Assembly (NCBI GenBank): GCA_965200315.1
Contig: OZ241362.1
Location: 4,576,001-4,640,000, forward strand
Reading direction: 5' to 3'
DNA length: 64,000 nucleotides
Source: Candidatus Latescibacterota bacterium
GTDB lineage: Bacteria > Latescibacterota > UBA2968 > UBA8231
The notes beneath the pieces are model-generated. The model had not been told where the DNA came from. It did not search any database and saw only the letters and a program-made list of their open reading frames with translations. Both the position numbers and the translations under genes were made by a program. Below, in pieces: positions 48,529 to 58,559 of the stretch. Each line of letters begins with the position of its first letter. The first letter of the stretch is position 1.

Positions 48529-49689
48529 ATGAAAATCAGCGACATCAAAGCCTACCCAACTTGGGTCGGCCACCGCAATCAGCTCATCGTCAAGGTCGAG
48601 ACCGACGAAGGCATCCACGGCTGGGGCGAGTCCGGGTTATCGGGACGCGAACTGGCCGTAGTAGGAGCGGTGCGGCACTACCGGGAGTTTTTGCTCGGCC
48701 GCGACCCGCGCGAAATCGGGCGGCTCTGGCAGGAGATGTACCGCGGCCAGTACTTTGAAGGCGGGCGGGTGTTGACCGCGGCCATTTCGGCCATCGACAT
48801 CGCCTTGCACGACGTGGTAGGCAAGGCTCTCGGCGTACCGGTGTACCAGCTTTTGGGCGGCAAGCAGCGCGAGTGGGTGCCCTGCTTTGCGACGGCTGGG
48901 GCACCGGACCTAGAGACCTTGGTCAGCAACTGCAAGCTGCTATTGGACAAGGGGTGGGACGTGATTCGCACGGGAATGGCCCAGCGCCAACAGTACGACG
49001 ACGAGCTGCTGTTCGAGCCGCGTGAGACCATCGGCATCACGGCAGCTTGGCTGACGGAAGTGCGCCAAGAGGTTGGTCCCGACCCGATCTTGGGCATTGA
49101 CTATCACCACCGGCTGACGGTCGCCGAGAGCGCGTCGTTCTGCCAGAAGATGCCGCCGGGGACGCTCGACTTCCTCGAAGAACCCATCCGCGACGAGTGC
49201 CCCGAAGCGTACGAATCGCTCAGGACGATGACTGACGTGCCGTTTGCCATCGGCGAGGAATTTGCCAGCAAGTGGCAGTTTTTGCCCTATCTCGAACGGG
49301 GCCTTACGCAGTTTGCGCGCATCGACGTGTGCAATGTCGGCGGGCTGACCGAGGCGATGAAGGTGGCCAGCTTGGCCGAATCCCACTACATCGACCTGAT
49401 GCCCCACAACCCGCTGGGGCCGATATGTACCGCCGCGACGGTCCATCTGGCGGCGGCCGTGCCCAACTTCGCGTGGCTCGAACACCGCGTGACGCCGACG
49501 GAAGCAGGCAAGTTCATGGACGAAGATTTGTTTCCGGTGCAGTGCGAATTGGTGGGGTCGATGTTGAAGGCGCCCGAGGGACCGGGGCTGGGCGTGGAGT
49601 TCAACGAAGAGCTAGCCAAGGAGCAGGAGTTCAAGTTTTGGGAAGCGCCGCATTTGCGGCGGCGGGATGGGTCGCATACGAACTGGTGA
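48529..49689 (+). CDS. Mandelate racemase/galactonate dehydratase family enzyme (intact)
   Basis: VKVETDEG, IDYH, LEEP, GEE, PHNPLGP; TAAGGAG RBS. Confidence 0.93.
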   Translation: MKISDIKAYPTWVGHRNQLIVKVETDEGIHGWGESGLSGRELAVVGAVRHYREFLLGRDPREIGRLWQEMYRGQYFEGGRVLTAAISAIDIALHDVVGKALGVPVYQLLGGKQREWVPCFATAGAPDLETLVSNCKLLLDKGWDVIRTGMAQRQQYDDELLFEPRETIGITAAWLTEVRQEVGPDPILGIDYHHRLTVAESASFCQKMPPGTLDFLEEPIRDECPEAYESLRTMTDVPFAIGEEFASKWQFLPYLERGLTQFARIDVCNVGGLTEAMKVASLAESHYIDLMPHNPLGPICTAATVHLAAAVPNFAWLEHRVTPTEAGKFMDEDLFPVQCELVGSMLKAPEGPGLGVEFNEELAKEQEFKFWEAPHLRRRDGSHTNW

Positions 49690-49716
49690 TGACTCCGAGT
49701 TGCTGCCAGCAAGCCG

Positions 49717-50883
49717 TCAGGAAATTATCTCACCAGCCCATAGCGACTGCAAAAAAACTTTCCAAGGCAAAATGCGAATTGGACCGACGACGCGCTCCGC
49801 CGGTTCATTGCAAACAACTAGCGCTTTTTGGGGTGCGTATTCATCGATGAATGTACGTAGCGGTCGCAGGGCCTTGTCTTCTACCCGGCTCGTACCCTTT
49901 ATCTCAATGGCCACCTCGCCGTTGCCCAACACAAAGTCAACCTCCAACCCCGACTTGGTGCGCCAAAAATGGACATCGTAATGTAATGCGCTATAAGAAG
50001 CGTATGCCCTCAATTCGCAAAAAATGAAATGCTCAAACGCCTTGCCAAACATTGCACCTTGAGCATCCTGTAAATGTCGTTTCTCAAGGATTCCGGCTAC
50101 ACCCACATCGAATAAGTAGAACTTGGATGCCCGCGAAATGACTTGGCGACTTTGCGGAGTCTTGAACGGTGGGACCATACTGCCCAAAAGCGTATCGACG
50201 AGAATCTGATAATACTCTTTTACGGTCTTGGAACTGACCCCGCACTCGCGGGCGATATTGGAAAAGTTGGTCAATTCGCCGTGTGAGTATCCCAGCGCTG
50301 CAAAGAATCTGGAAAACGCTGGAATATCGCGCGTCAACCCCTCGGCAAAGACTTCTTCCTTTAGGTAATCTTGTAGGTACGCGTTTAGAGAACGGCGATA
50401 TTGCGTACTGGCAAAGTGATCGGGAATCAGGCCGCGATTCAAAATCGTCAAAATATCCATATCGCCGTCATTCAATTCATCGGTCACCAATGGAAACATT
50501 TCGTAGCGCCAAGCGCGTCCTCCGAGCAAGTTGGCCCGTCCCCGCTTGAGCTTGCGCGCACTGGAACCACACAAAATAAAACGCAGCCCCTTGTTTTCAA
50601 TGAGCCAATGCACTTCATCCAACAAGAGTGGCACGCGCTGCACTTCGTCCAAGATGATCGGATGCGCCAGTAGTGCTTCGGATTGTGCGAGCAGTTGCTC
50701 GCGCAGCAGGGCCGGCCGGCGGTTGAAGTCCAGCATCAAATCCGTCTTGAGAAAATCATAGACTAGGCTGTTGGGAAATGCCTGTTTGAGATAGGTGGAT
50801 TTACCCGTCTTTCGCGGCCCCCACAAAAAAGCCGACTGCCGCTTGGGCAAGTCCATTTCTAATCGCCGCAGATACTGAACCAT
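49717..50883 (-). CDS. AAA_14 ATPase with DUF4143 domain
   Basis: GPRKTGKS, LDEVQ, CGSS, LLGGRA, KFYLFDVG, FWRT..G.EVDF...IEIK. Confidence 0.9.
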   Translation of the reverse strand: MVQYLRRLEMDLPKRQSAFLWGPRKTGKSTYLKQAFPNSLVYDFLKTDLMLDFNRRPALLREQLLAQSEALLAHPIILDEVQRVPLLLDEVHWLIENKGLRFILCGSSARKLKRGRANLLGGRAWRYEMFPLVTDELNDGDMDILTILNRGLIPDHFASTQYRRSLNAYLQDYLKEEVFAEGLTRDIPAFSRFFAALGYSHGELTNFSNIARECGVSSKTVKEYYQILVDTLLGSMVPPFKTPQSRQVISRASKFYLFDVGVAGILEKRHLQDAQGAMFGKAFEHFIFCELRAYASYSALHYDVHFWRTKSGLEVDFVLGNGEVAIEIKGTSRVEDKALRPLRTFIDEYAPQKALVVCNEPAERVVGPIRILPWKVFLQSLWAGEIIS

Positions 50884-51204
50884 TTTGAATCTTCTTCCAA
50901 ATTAGTCGAACTATTTTAGAGTTTACTCCAAAATGGTCAAGCCATCAAGCACTGTCGATGAGGCTCGACGTGTGCAGTTTGACATGCAACTAAATGTAGT
51001 TGCTGCTCTATGAAGAGCGGCATATATTCTTTTTGGGGAACGGCTCGACCGAACCGGGTGCGCTCCTGCGCGCCGCGCCCGGCGTGTCGGATGGGGCTAT
51101 ATAGCAGTCCTATACCATTCACGAGATAATCCGCAGAGGGACGCAGCATAATAGAAACAAGACGATCCGAACCTCGAATCGTTCAAGTCATTCAGGGTTG
51201 CTAT

Positions 51205-51687
51205 ATGAAAGATATGATGACTCATAGGGGCTACACCGGCTCGGCGCACTACGACGACGGCGACCGGATTTTCTACGGTAAGCTCGAGTTTATCCGCGAG
51301 CTCGTCCGTTACGAAGGGACGGATGTGGACTCACTGCGCTCCGCTTTTGAAGAAGCAGTGGACGACTATCTCGACCTATGCCGGCGGGAAGGACGACAAC
51401 CCGAACAGCCATTCAAAGGCAGTTTTAACGTGCGGATGGGCAGCGAACTACATCGGCGCGCAGCCCTATGCGCCAAGGAGAAAGGTGCCAACCTCAACCA
51501 AGTGGTCAAAGAGGCGTTGGAGCAGTACTTAGCTGGCGTAGCCTCTCCTTCGCCAGGTGCCTCGCGTTCCTATCGGGAGCTAATGGCAGATATACGCGCT
51601 CGACAGCAGGTGCGTGGCCATAAATCCCCAACTCGGGAAGAGGTTGATGCTGCCCTACACAGTGAACGGGAAAGCTGGGAGCAGTAA
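51205..51687 (+). CDS. hicB: HicB-family antitoxin with VapB-like C-terminal extension
   Basis: GYTGS, AFEEAVDDYL, PFKGSFNVR...LHR...LNQ (RHH), then ~50-aa tail ending ERESWEQ. Confidence 0.85.
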   Translation: MKDMMTHRGYTGSAHYDDGDRIFYGKLEFIRELVRYEGTDVDSLRSAFEEAVDDYLDLCRREGRQPEQPFKGSFNVRMGSELHRRAALCAKEKGANLNQVVKEALEQYLAGVASPSPGASRSYRELMADIRARQQVRGHKSPTREEVDAALHSERESWEQ

Positions 51688-51690
51688 TCT

Positions 51691-52113
51691 ATGCGGCTTT
51701 ACTTAGACTCAGCACCTGTTATCTATACGGTTGAACAAGTCGAGGGCTTTGCTACAGCCGTTGACGAGCGGATTGGATCGTCAGCGGTGACGCTGATCAC
51801 CAGTGACCTGACGAGAATGGAATGTCGCGTCAAACCTCTCGGAGCAGGTAACACCGAACTGCTCAAAGACTTCGATGAGTTTTTTAATGGGGCGATATCG
51901 GAAGTGGTCGTTCTATCGCGGCCAATTATGGAGCGGGCGACCGAGATTCGAGCGCAGCATGGCTTTAGAACACCTGATGCGATTCATCTTGCTGCCGCTG
52001 TGGAGTCGAGTTGCGATGTATTTCTAACCAACGATCATCGTCTGGATCGCTTTAGCGACATTAGATACGAATTGGTAACAGACGGGCCAAGGACAACTCC
52101 CAAGCCTGAATGA
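51691..52113 (+). CDS. vapC: PIN-domain (VapC) toxin
   Basis: YLDSAPVIY, E, RTPDAIHLAAA, FLTND. Confidence 0.9.
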   Translation: MRLYLDSAPVIYTVEQVEGFATAVDERIGSSAVTLITSDLTRMECRVKPLGAGNTELLKDFDEFFNGAISEVVVLSRPIMERATEIRAQHGFRTPDAIHLAAAVESSCDVFLTNDHRLDRFSDIRYELVTDGPRTTPKPE

Positions 52114-52217
52114 CGTGGTATGGAGTGATCTTGTCGTTTCGGGCAAAGTAGCGGGAGTCGATCCTGCCGAGGGTTAGAGAAAATGCGTCAGAACTGTCGC
52201 AGTGCGTCAGAATCGGC

Positions 52218-52251
52218 TAGGTAGGGGCGGTTGGCGAACCGCTCCTACCTA
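52218..52251. repeat. GTAG-type REP-like palindrome / bidirectional terminator
   Basis: TAGGTAGGGGCGGTT-GGCG-AACCGCTCCTACCTA; a partial relative GTAGGGGCGACCCCTG at 48381. Confidence 0.65.
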
Positions 52252-52264
52252 TTTCTCAACCGCT

Positions 52265-53275
52265 CTACCGTTTGACGAAGGTGATCCACAGCGGGCTAGC
52301 ACCCACGTCATGTTGCTCTAGAGGCGTCAACGCACCCGTGGCCGCGTCAATGCGGTACGAACGAAGCCGGCCCGACACTTGGCCAGCCGAATAGACGAAG
52401 CGGCCGCTCGGGTCCAACTCGAAAAAGCGAGGCGTGGCCTCAGTGGGATAGTGGCCTTGGGCCGTCAGCCGCCCATCGTCGCCAATCGCGAAAAGTGCTA
52501 GGGAATCGTGGCCGCGATTGGACCCGTAGAGAAACTGGCCGTTGGGTGTGATCTTTATTTCGGCTGTGGTGTTGTCCGTGCGATCAAACCCCTCCGGCAA
52601 GGTCGAGATGACCTGAAACGACGACAGCGTCCCGGCCTCCGGGTCGAAGTGGTGAGCCGACACCGTGCTGCCGTTTTCGTTGACCGAATAGACAAAGTCG
52701 CGGGTCGGATGGAAGGCAAAGTGGCGCGGGCCTTCGGGCGTGGCTGGCTCTATCTTGGGCGGATTGTTGGGCGTCAATCGTCCGGTTTGCTCGTCAAAGC
52801 AAAACTGAAATATCGCATTGGCCGGGTTGGTGTGCGGCACAAAGGCAAAGCGGTTTGAACGGTCGGTCTGGATGCTGTGGGCGTGTACTGCGGTGGGGAT
52901 CATTTGCAGCGGCTCGGCCGAGAGTGTGCCGTCCGCGGCCACGCCGTGAACGCCGACCTGACCCGATCCATAGTAAGACGACAGCAAAAAGGCCCCGCTG
53001 TTGTCCAAATACAGATAGGGCGGGCCTTCTTCTAGGCTCGTCTCCGCGAGCTTGAATAGCGTCCCCTTTTCCCGATCTATCTCATAGCTAGCCAGTTTTT
53101 GGGCCGAGCGCAGGGCTACGAACATCAGGGTCTCATCCGGGCGCACAGTCACCGCCCCGGGCGAGTCCTCCAACTCTATATTGGGCTGCGGCTCTAACGC
53201 GCCACTATCTTCGTCCATCAGGAAATGCGAAAAAAAGTTGCTGCCCGAATTTGAAATATACACGTGATAGGCCAT
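52265..53275 (-). CDS. Lactonase (Pgl family)
   Basis: HAHS, GPRHF, SNRGHDS, PRFF; GGAGG RBS. Confidence 0.9.
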   Translation of the reverse strand: MAYHVYISNSGSNFFSHFLMDEDSGALEPQPNIELEDSPGAVTVRPDETLMFVALRSAQKLASYEIDREKGTLFKLAETSLEEGPPYLYLDNSGAFLLSSYYGSGQVGVHGVAADGTLSAEPLQMIPTAVHAHSIQTDRSNRFAFVPHTNPANAIFQFCFDEQTGRLTPNNPPKIEPATPEGPRHFAFHPTRDFVYSVNENGSTVSAHHFDPEAGTLSSFQVISTLPEGFDRTDNTTAEIKITPNGQFLYGSNRGHDSLALFAIGDDGRLTAQGHYPTEATPRFFELDPSGRFVYSAGQVSGRLRSYRIDAATGALTPLEQHDVGASPLWITFVKR

Positions 53276-53296
53276 GAAAATCTCCTCCAAAAGGGG

Positions 53297-53869
53297 TTAG
53301 TGTGTTGCTTCTCGCAAGGCGTGCAAAAAAACGGCTGGATCGACCGGGCCGAGCAAGAGGGCATGGGAACCGCGCGTTGGAATATACGCAGCGCACGGTG
53401 CGCTCGTGCAGAAAACGTGCGCCTTCTCCCCGCTGTGCAGGTAAAACGCCCCTCCGCGAAAAAAGAACGCGCTGATGGCGAAAATTTTGCCTCTGGGCCG
53501 GTATTGGGGTTCGGCTGGCAAATTGACGACGCGGGCCTCTTCCACCTTTAGCTCTTTGTAGGTGAAGTGCTTGCCGTGGGCGCTGTTGCGGATGAGCAGA
53601 TAGCCCTCCAGCAAGACGAAATCCGTGCGGCGTGCGCTCAAATAAAACCAAGTAAATACCGAAAAAAAGATGATCAACATTAGCACGTAAGACGAGCCCA
53701 AGGCCACGGGCGCGGCGATGCGGGCAACTGGGCCATCCGGGTCAATGGCCGCGTAGAGTGCGAGGGTCAGCACGGCAAAAAAGACAGTGATCACGGCAAA
53801 AGACGCGGCCAGCACTTTGCCGAACAGGGCGGCGGACGGTGGGTGGATGGGAAAAATACGCGGTTCCAT
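53297..53869 (-). CDS. Two-TM membrane protein with probable bacterial PH domain
   Basis: Two hydrophobic helices then G.F.L.SGEKA.VF.T...LLGP.DP..FL. Confidence 0.6.
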   Translation of the reverse strand: MEPRIFPIHPPSAALFGKVLAASFAVITVFFAVLTLALYAAIDPDGPVARIAAPVALGSSYVLMLIIFFSVFTWFYLSARRTDFVLLEGYLLIRNSAHGKHFTYKELKVEEARVVNLPAEPQYRPRGKIFAISAFFFRGGAFYLHSGEKAHVFCTSAPCAAYIPTRGSHALLLGPVDPAVFLHALREATH

Positions 53870-53870
53870 G

Positions 53871-54719
53871 TCAGCCCGCCCTGAGCAGCATCAAACCCCC
53901 GGCAATGGCGAGGATGCCAATGGCCTTAACGGCCGTGAGCTGTTCCTTGAGGAAAATCCAGCCCAGCAGCGCGCCGATTACTACCGACGACTCGCGCGCG
54001 GCAATGATATAGCTGACCGGCCCTTGGGTATAGGCGTACAGTATCAGCAGATAGGTCACCAGCGAGCCCGCGCCAATCAAGATGATATACCCGTAGAAGG
54101 CGCGGGCCGTCGCCAGCAATTCTGTGCCGTGTCGGCGCACCACAAAGGGCAGGCGCAGGAGGGCGGCGATGATCCACATGCCGCAGATGTAGTAAATCGG
54201 TTGCACGTATCCTACGCCTATTTTGTCGATCAGCGAGTAACAGACAATCGTCAGCCCCACGCTCAGGGCCAGTTGCAAGCCCCGCGCTTGGAGCTTGAGG
54301 GCCGGGGCACCAACGCAAAAAATCCCCGCGAAAACTAGGGCAATCCCGCCCGCGCCCAACAGCGAAATGGCCTCGCCCAAGCTGAGATAAGCCACAAAGG
54401 CCGTCAGCCCCACGCCCGAGCCGCGCGCGATCGGGTACACCGTAGAAATTTCGCCGTGCTCGTACGCCCGCGCCAGCAGCGCGAAGTATAGCGCGTGAAA
54501 AACGCCCGTAGCCAGCAAGCAGAGGCCGGCCGGCCACGACAGGGCCAGCGGCGTACCCTGCCACCAGATATAAACGCACAGCGGCATGATGAACAGGATA
54601 CCAGAAGCAAAGGAGAGCCAGAGCACGGCCACATTGCCAGCGACCTTGTAGGCAGCGAAATTCCACAAGGCGTGGCCGATGGCCGCCGCCAATACGAGCC
54701 CCCAGACATCGGCGTTCAT
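53871..54719 (-). CDS. DMT/EamA transporter
   Basis: HALWN, AYEHGEISTVYPIARG, ARESSVV...LKE. Confidence 0.9.
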   Translation of the reverse strand: MNADVWGLVLAAAIGHALWNFAAYKVAGNVAVLWLSFASGILFIMPLCVYIWWQGTPLALSWPAGLCLLATGVFHALYFALLARAYEHGEISTVYPIARGSGVGLTAFVAYLSLGEAISLLGAGGIALVFAGIFCVGAPALKLQARGLQLALSVGLTIVCYSLIDKIGVGYVQPIYYICGMWIIAALLRLPFVVRRHGTELLATARAFYGYIILIGAGSLVTYLLILYAYTQGPVSYIIAARESSVVIGALLGWIFLKEQLTAVKAIGILAIAGGLMLLRAG

Positions 54720-54802
54720 TATTTTATAAAGGCAATTCGGGTGAGTTGGGCCGGTTGACCATAGCCAGATTGAACCATCGCGTCAAATGATGAATATTCT
54801 AA

Positions 54803-54947
54803 GAGGCGGTCTGAAAACTCCCGTTGGGTTGGTTGACGAGGAGGTTGCGTGGTCTTAGCCGCCGGCATTTTTCGAGGGCGAGACGCCCTCGATCCCAGAC
54901 GCTTGGAGCCGACAGCGAGGCCGAAACCCTAGTTTTAAGACCGCTTC
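54803..54947. mobile_element. 145-bp MITE, IS5/IS1031-type ends
   Basis: IRs GAGGCGGTCTGAAAACT / AGTTTTAAGACCGCTTC (15/17 match), TAA on both flanks, no ORF. Confidence 0.8.
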
Positions 54948-55045
54948 TAAGGGATGGCACACCCGAGCTGGACGGGCTCGCAGCGACGCCGACTTCCTGC
55001 GCGGCGTCTCAAGCTAGCGCAAAACTCAAAGGGACTCACTACCTA

Positions 55046-56017
55046 ATGACTACAGACACACCTACTTTCGCGGCGGTGGAAGAGGCCGCAGCGTTTATCG
55101 GTGCATATCTCGCTCCCACGCCGCTCGTCCACTGCTACAAGCTCTCGCAAATGCTGGGCTGCTCCTACTACGCCAAGTGCGAGAACTTGCAGCCCGTGGG
55201 GGCCTTTAAGGTGCGCGGCGGCGTCAACCTCATCGGGCGTTTATCCCCTGCCGAGCGGCAGCGGGGCGTCATCAGCGCAAGCACCGGCAATCACGGCCAG
55301 TCGCTGGCGTACGCCGGCCAGCTTTTTGACACGCCGGTGACCATCTACGGGCCAGAGCGTGCCAGCAATCCGGCCAAAGTCGCGGCCATGCGCACGCTCG
55401 GTGCCGAAGTCCGCCTCGTTGGCCGCGACTTCGACGAGGCGCGCGAAGAAGTCGAGCGCGAGGCACGCCGCACGGGCTGCCGCTACGTGCATTCGGCCAA
55501 CGAGCCGTTGCTGATCGCCGGCGTGGGCACCATGGGCTTGGGGATTTTTGCCGCCCTGCCCGAAGTGGAAACGCTGATAGTGCCCGTAGGCGGCGGCAGC
55601 GGCATCTGCGGCATCTCGCTCGTTGCCCGCCACTTGAACCCGGCCGTCGAGATCATCGGTGTGCAGAGCGCGAGCGCACCCGTCTGCTACCGGGCTTGGC
55701 AACAGCGGCGGCTCGACGTGGAGGCCCCCATGGCCACGCGGCACGAAGGGCTAGCCACGCGCGTGCCCTTTGCCATGACCGCGCACATGATGTGGGAACT
55801 CGTCGATCGCTTTGAGCTGGTCACCGACGAGGAGATCGACGCGGCCATGGGCCTATTGGCGCGGGAGGCCAAGCTAGTGGCCGAAGGAGCCGGAGCCGCA
55901 TCGTTAGCCGCGGCCCTAAAAATCCGCGAGTCCTTGGCCGGCAAAAAAGTAGTAGGCATCCTCAGCGGTGGGAACGCGCCCGCCGACCACTTAGCGCGGA
56001 TTTTGCAAAATGGCTAA
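55046..56017 (+). CDS. Threonine/serine dehydratase family PLP enzyme
   Basis: KCENLQPVGAFKVRGG, ASTGNHG, PVGGGSG, EGAGA, LSGGN. Confidence 0.92.
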   Translation: MTTDTPTFAAVEEAAAFIGAYLAPTPLVHCYKLSQMLGCSYYAKCENLQPVGAFKVRGGVNLIGRLSPAERQRGVISASTGNHGQSLAYAGQLFDTPVTIYGPERASNPAKVAAMRTLGAEVRLVGRDFDEAREEVEREARRTGCRYVHSANEPLLIAGVGTMGLGIFAALPEVETLIVPVGGGSGICGISLVARHLNPAVEIIGVQSASAPVCYRAWQQRRLDVEAPMATRHEGLATRVPFAMTAHMMWELVDRFELVTDEEIDAAMGLLAREAKLVAEGAGAASLAAALKIRESLAGKKVVGILSGGNAPADHLARILQNG

Positions 56018-57701
56018 ACAGCCCAAGCGCAAAAAGGGGCGTCGCCGGGGTGCCACCGCACGCGCCAATGCCGAGTTGGGTGCGCACATGGCATCGCTGG
56101 GCCTAGCGGCCATTGAAGCCTATAAGGTCTGGTGCCGCCAGCACGGATTTAGCGCGGCCCTGAGCAAGACTTGGCAGGAGCGGCGGCAAGAGCGCGCCGC
56201 ACACCAGCGCGACCAACAGGCTGCCCAAGCTGAAGACGCCCTGCGGCAACACGTCGCGCAACTGGGGCTCGGCGGGGTAGCCGCCTACCAAGCATGGTGT
56301 CGTCAACAGGGGCTCGGCGACGCCATCCACAAAAGCACAGCCCAGCGCAACAAGGAACTCAAGCTCCACCAGCACATTCAGAGTACCCAAGCCCTGCACA
56401 AGGGCCGCCAGCACAGCCGGCGCACCAAAGACATCATTCACCAACTGTGGGCCGGAACCATTGCCGAGGAAGCGCTGCGCACCGAGGTCTTGCGCCTGAT
56501 CCATCGGGCCTTTGTCGGCTTGGTCGGCGACCAGCGGACACAACTACGGGATTTGCTTTTACACGTAGAAAAGCGCGCGTCTAGTCTGCTCGACGCGCGG
56601 CCAGCCTTCCAGCGCTTGGGGCGAGTGGAGGGCAATACCTTCGTCGAGGCCCTCGGCGCGTTGGCGCGACACAGCCGCGCTTGGCAGCAGTCCCCGACCG
56701 AGTGGAAGCCAGACAGCCGCAATCCCCGGCGGCAATTCGCCGCGCTGGCCCGCTTCCTATTGGCCCGCTACGACGTGCCATCCTGCTTGGATTCGGTGTG
56801 GTTTGGCGGTTGGGAGCTAGAAGCCCAACGCCAGCAGGGGTGGTTCGTCCACGTGGGCAGCGGGCAGAACATCCGCACGGCCGACCTGCCGCTGGTGCTC
56901 TCCAAGCGCATGGCACACGTCTTTACCGAGGCCCCAAGCGAACTGACGGCGACCGAGGCGCTGCGCTGGGCGCAAGTGGTGGGTCAAGGAGGCAGCGAGG
57001 CCCTCGTGCAGGCCGTGATAGCCACGGAACTCGGTCGCAGCTTCGCCGACGAATTCTTCTGGAGCACAGGCGTGCTCTTCCTCGTCGAAAACCCCATGCT
57101 CGACCCGGACATGGTTGGGCCAATCGTCGATTATATAAATCATCAGAAGTACGTCCCCACAGAGGAGGGCGAGCCGCCGCAGCCCAGCTACACCATGAAG
57201 GGGCGCAGCGCGGTCAAGCTCCTGCGCCAAGTCGAGGAATGGCACGAGCGCCTAGCACGCGATAACCGCCAGCCTGGAGGGAGTTGGGAGGCGTCGGACA
57301 TTGCGGGCTTTGAGTGGATGGACGATAAAGAAGAAGGGCTGCGTTGGACCATCCGCGAGCTGACTTCCAAGAGAGAACTCACGCTCGAAGGAAGGGCGAT
57401 GAACCACTGCGTCGCCTCCTATGTGTCCAACTGCCGGCGGGGCAGCAAGTCGGTGTGGTCCATGCAGGTGGCCGATCCAGAGGGCTACAGCGCGCGAGTA
57501 CTGACGATTGCCGTGCACAATCCGAGCCGCAACATCGTCGAGGCGCGGGGGCGGTTCAACGCCGTACCACGGCAGTCGGGAAAAAACCCAAGGAACAAGA
57601 CATTGGAGCGGCCTTATCGAGAGCTGCTGGCACGCTCTGGTGCCGTGTTGCGCAAGTGGATTGAGGCCGAAGATTTGGGGCGGACGACGCGGGCGTATTA
57701 G
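56010..57701 (+). CDS. PcfJ-like domain protein with duplicated N-terminal motif
   Basis: VEEWH, ELTSKRELTLEGRAMNHCVASY, LTIAV, EARGRFN. Confidence 0.8.
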   Translation: MAKQPKRKKGRRRGATARANAELGAHMASLGLAAIEAYKVWCRQHGFSAALSKTWQERRQERAAHQRDQQAAQAEDALRQHVAQLGLGGVAAYQAWCRQQGLGDAIHKSTAQRNKELKLHQHIQSTQALHKGRQHSRRTKDIIHQLWAGTIAEEALRTEVLRLIHRAFVGLVGDQRTQLRDLLLHVEKRASSLLDARPAFQRLGRVEGNTFVEALGALARHSRAWQQSPTEWKPDSRNPRRQFAALARFLLARYDVPSCLDSVWFGGWELEAQRQQGWFVHVGSGQNIRTADLPLVLSKRMAHVFTEAPSELTATEALRWAQVVGQGGSEALVQAVIATELGRSFADEFFWSTGVLFLVENPMLDPDMVGPIVDYINHQKYVPTEEGEPPQPSYTMKGRSAVKLLRQVEEWHERLARDNRQPGGSWEASDIAGFEWMDDKEEGLRWTIRELTSKRELTLEGRAMNHCVASYVSNCRRGSKSVWSMQVADPEGYSARVLTIAVHNPSRNIVEARGRFNAVPRQSGKNPRNKTLERPYRELLARSGAVLRKWIEAEDLGRTTRAY

Positions 57702-57789
57702 GCGGGAGCACGTTGTCTAGAAGGGCATTCGTTATTTTTGTCTAGCTGTGTATCCCGTCCAATTCGGGTAAGAGTTTAACGCTTTCCTG

Positions 57790-58092
57790 TTAGTTGGGGG
57801 CCGTCCGGGCGATCACCGCAGGGCAGGTTTCCGTCTCGCTGGGATTGTAGGGAAGGTGAGGGATGCCGGCGGGGACGGGAAATTCTACCAGCGCTTGGTA
57901 GAGCCTGACCAGTGCCTGACGGCGACTTCGCTCCGGGCCAAACGGCTCGGCCTCCACCACTATATCCACGTCCGAATTTTCCCGTGCGTCGCCCCAGGCG
58001 CGAGAGCCGAAGAGGATCACCTACTCGGGATCGACCTCGGCAACGATAGCTTGGACCATCTGATCGAGGAGTTTATCGGTGCCGGGTGCCAT
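57790..58092 (-). pseudogene. Chimeric remnant: MNT nucleotidyltransferase (internal TAG) fused to a cupin C-terminal fragment
   Basis: DPE*VILFGSRAWGDARENSDVD...then PAGIPHLPYNPS...AVIART. Confidence 0.7.
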
Positions 58093-58118
58093 TCCTCGGA
58101 GTTTTTGTTCATCGAGCG

Positions 58119-58553
58119 TCAAGCGAGAGGATCTTGTACATCAAGGAAATCGAATCTCCGGTAGTCGCGGTCGTGCGTGTATAGCCGACGCACTCCGTGG
58201 AAGCGAAGCAGCGCGGCAAGGTGTGCATCCGGCACCAGGTTGCCACGCACAGATGTCCCACCAGTCACGGATCGCCACATCTCCCAGAATCCGTCTTCCT
58301 CGGCGAGACAGCGAGAATTGGGCAGATTGAGCAGCGTCTCCACGTTGGCCATGGCCTCTTCAGGCGTCAGCGGCTCATCGAATATGGATGGATGTGTAGC
58401 AATGCGCAGGTAACTCATTATCGTTGGCCAACTCAGATAAAGCACGTCGCTCCGACTCATGCAGGATTCTAGAAAGCTCTTGGCTTTCGCGTGGAACGGA
58501 CTGGAGGCGTCCGACGAATAGAGAAGGATATTGACGTCCAAGGAGTAGCTCAT
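58119..58553 (-). CDS. vapC: PIN-domain (VapC) toxin
   Basis: LDVNILLY, LRIATHP, GNLVPDAHLAAL, THDRDY. Confidence 0.9.
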   Translation of the reverse strand: MSYSLDVNILLYSSDASSPFHAKAKSFLESCMSRSDVLYLSWPTIMSYLRIATHPSIFDEPLTPEEAMANVETLLNLPNSRCLAEEDGFWEMWRSVTGGTSVRGNLVPDAHLAALLRFHGVRRLYTHDRDYRRFDFLDVQDPLA

Positions 58554-58559
58554 GGGGGA

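Noticed and set aside
50900-51204. hicA toxin upstream of hicB
   Set aside because: No open frame with the HicA G-S-H signature found.
58021-58023. In-frame TAG as pyrrolysine or recoding
   Set aside because: The paralogous copy has CAG, the gene is a chimeric remnant, and TAG is a normal stop for many genes here.
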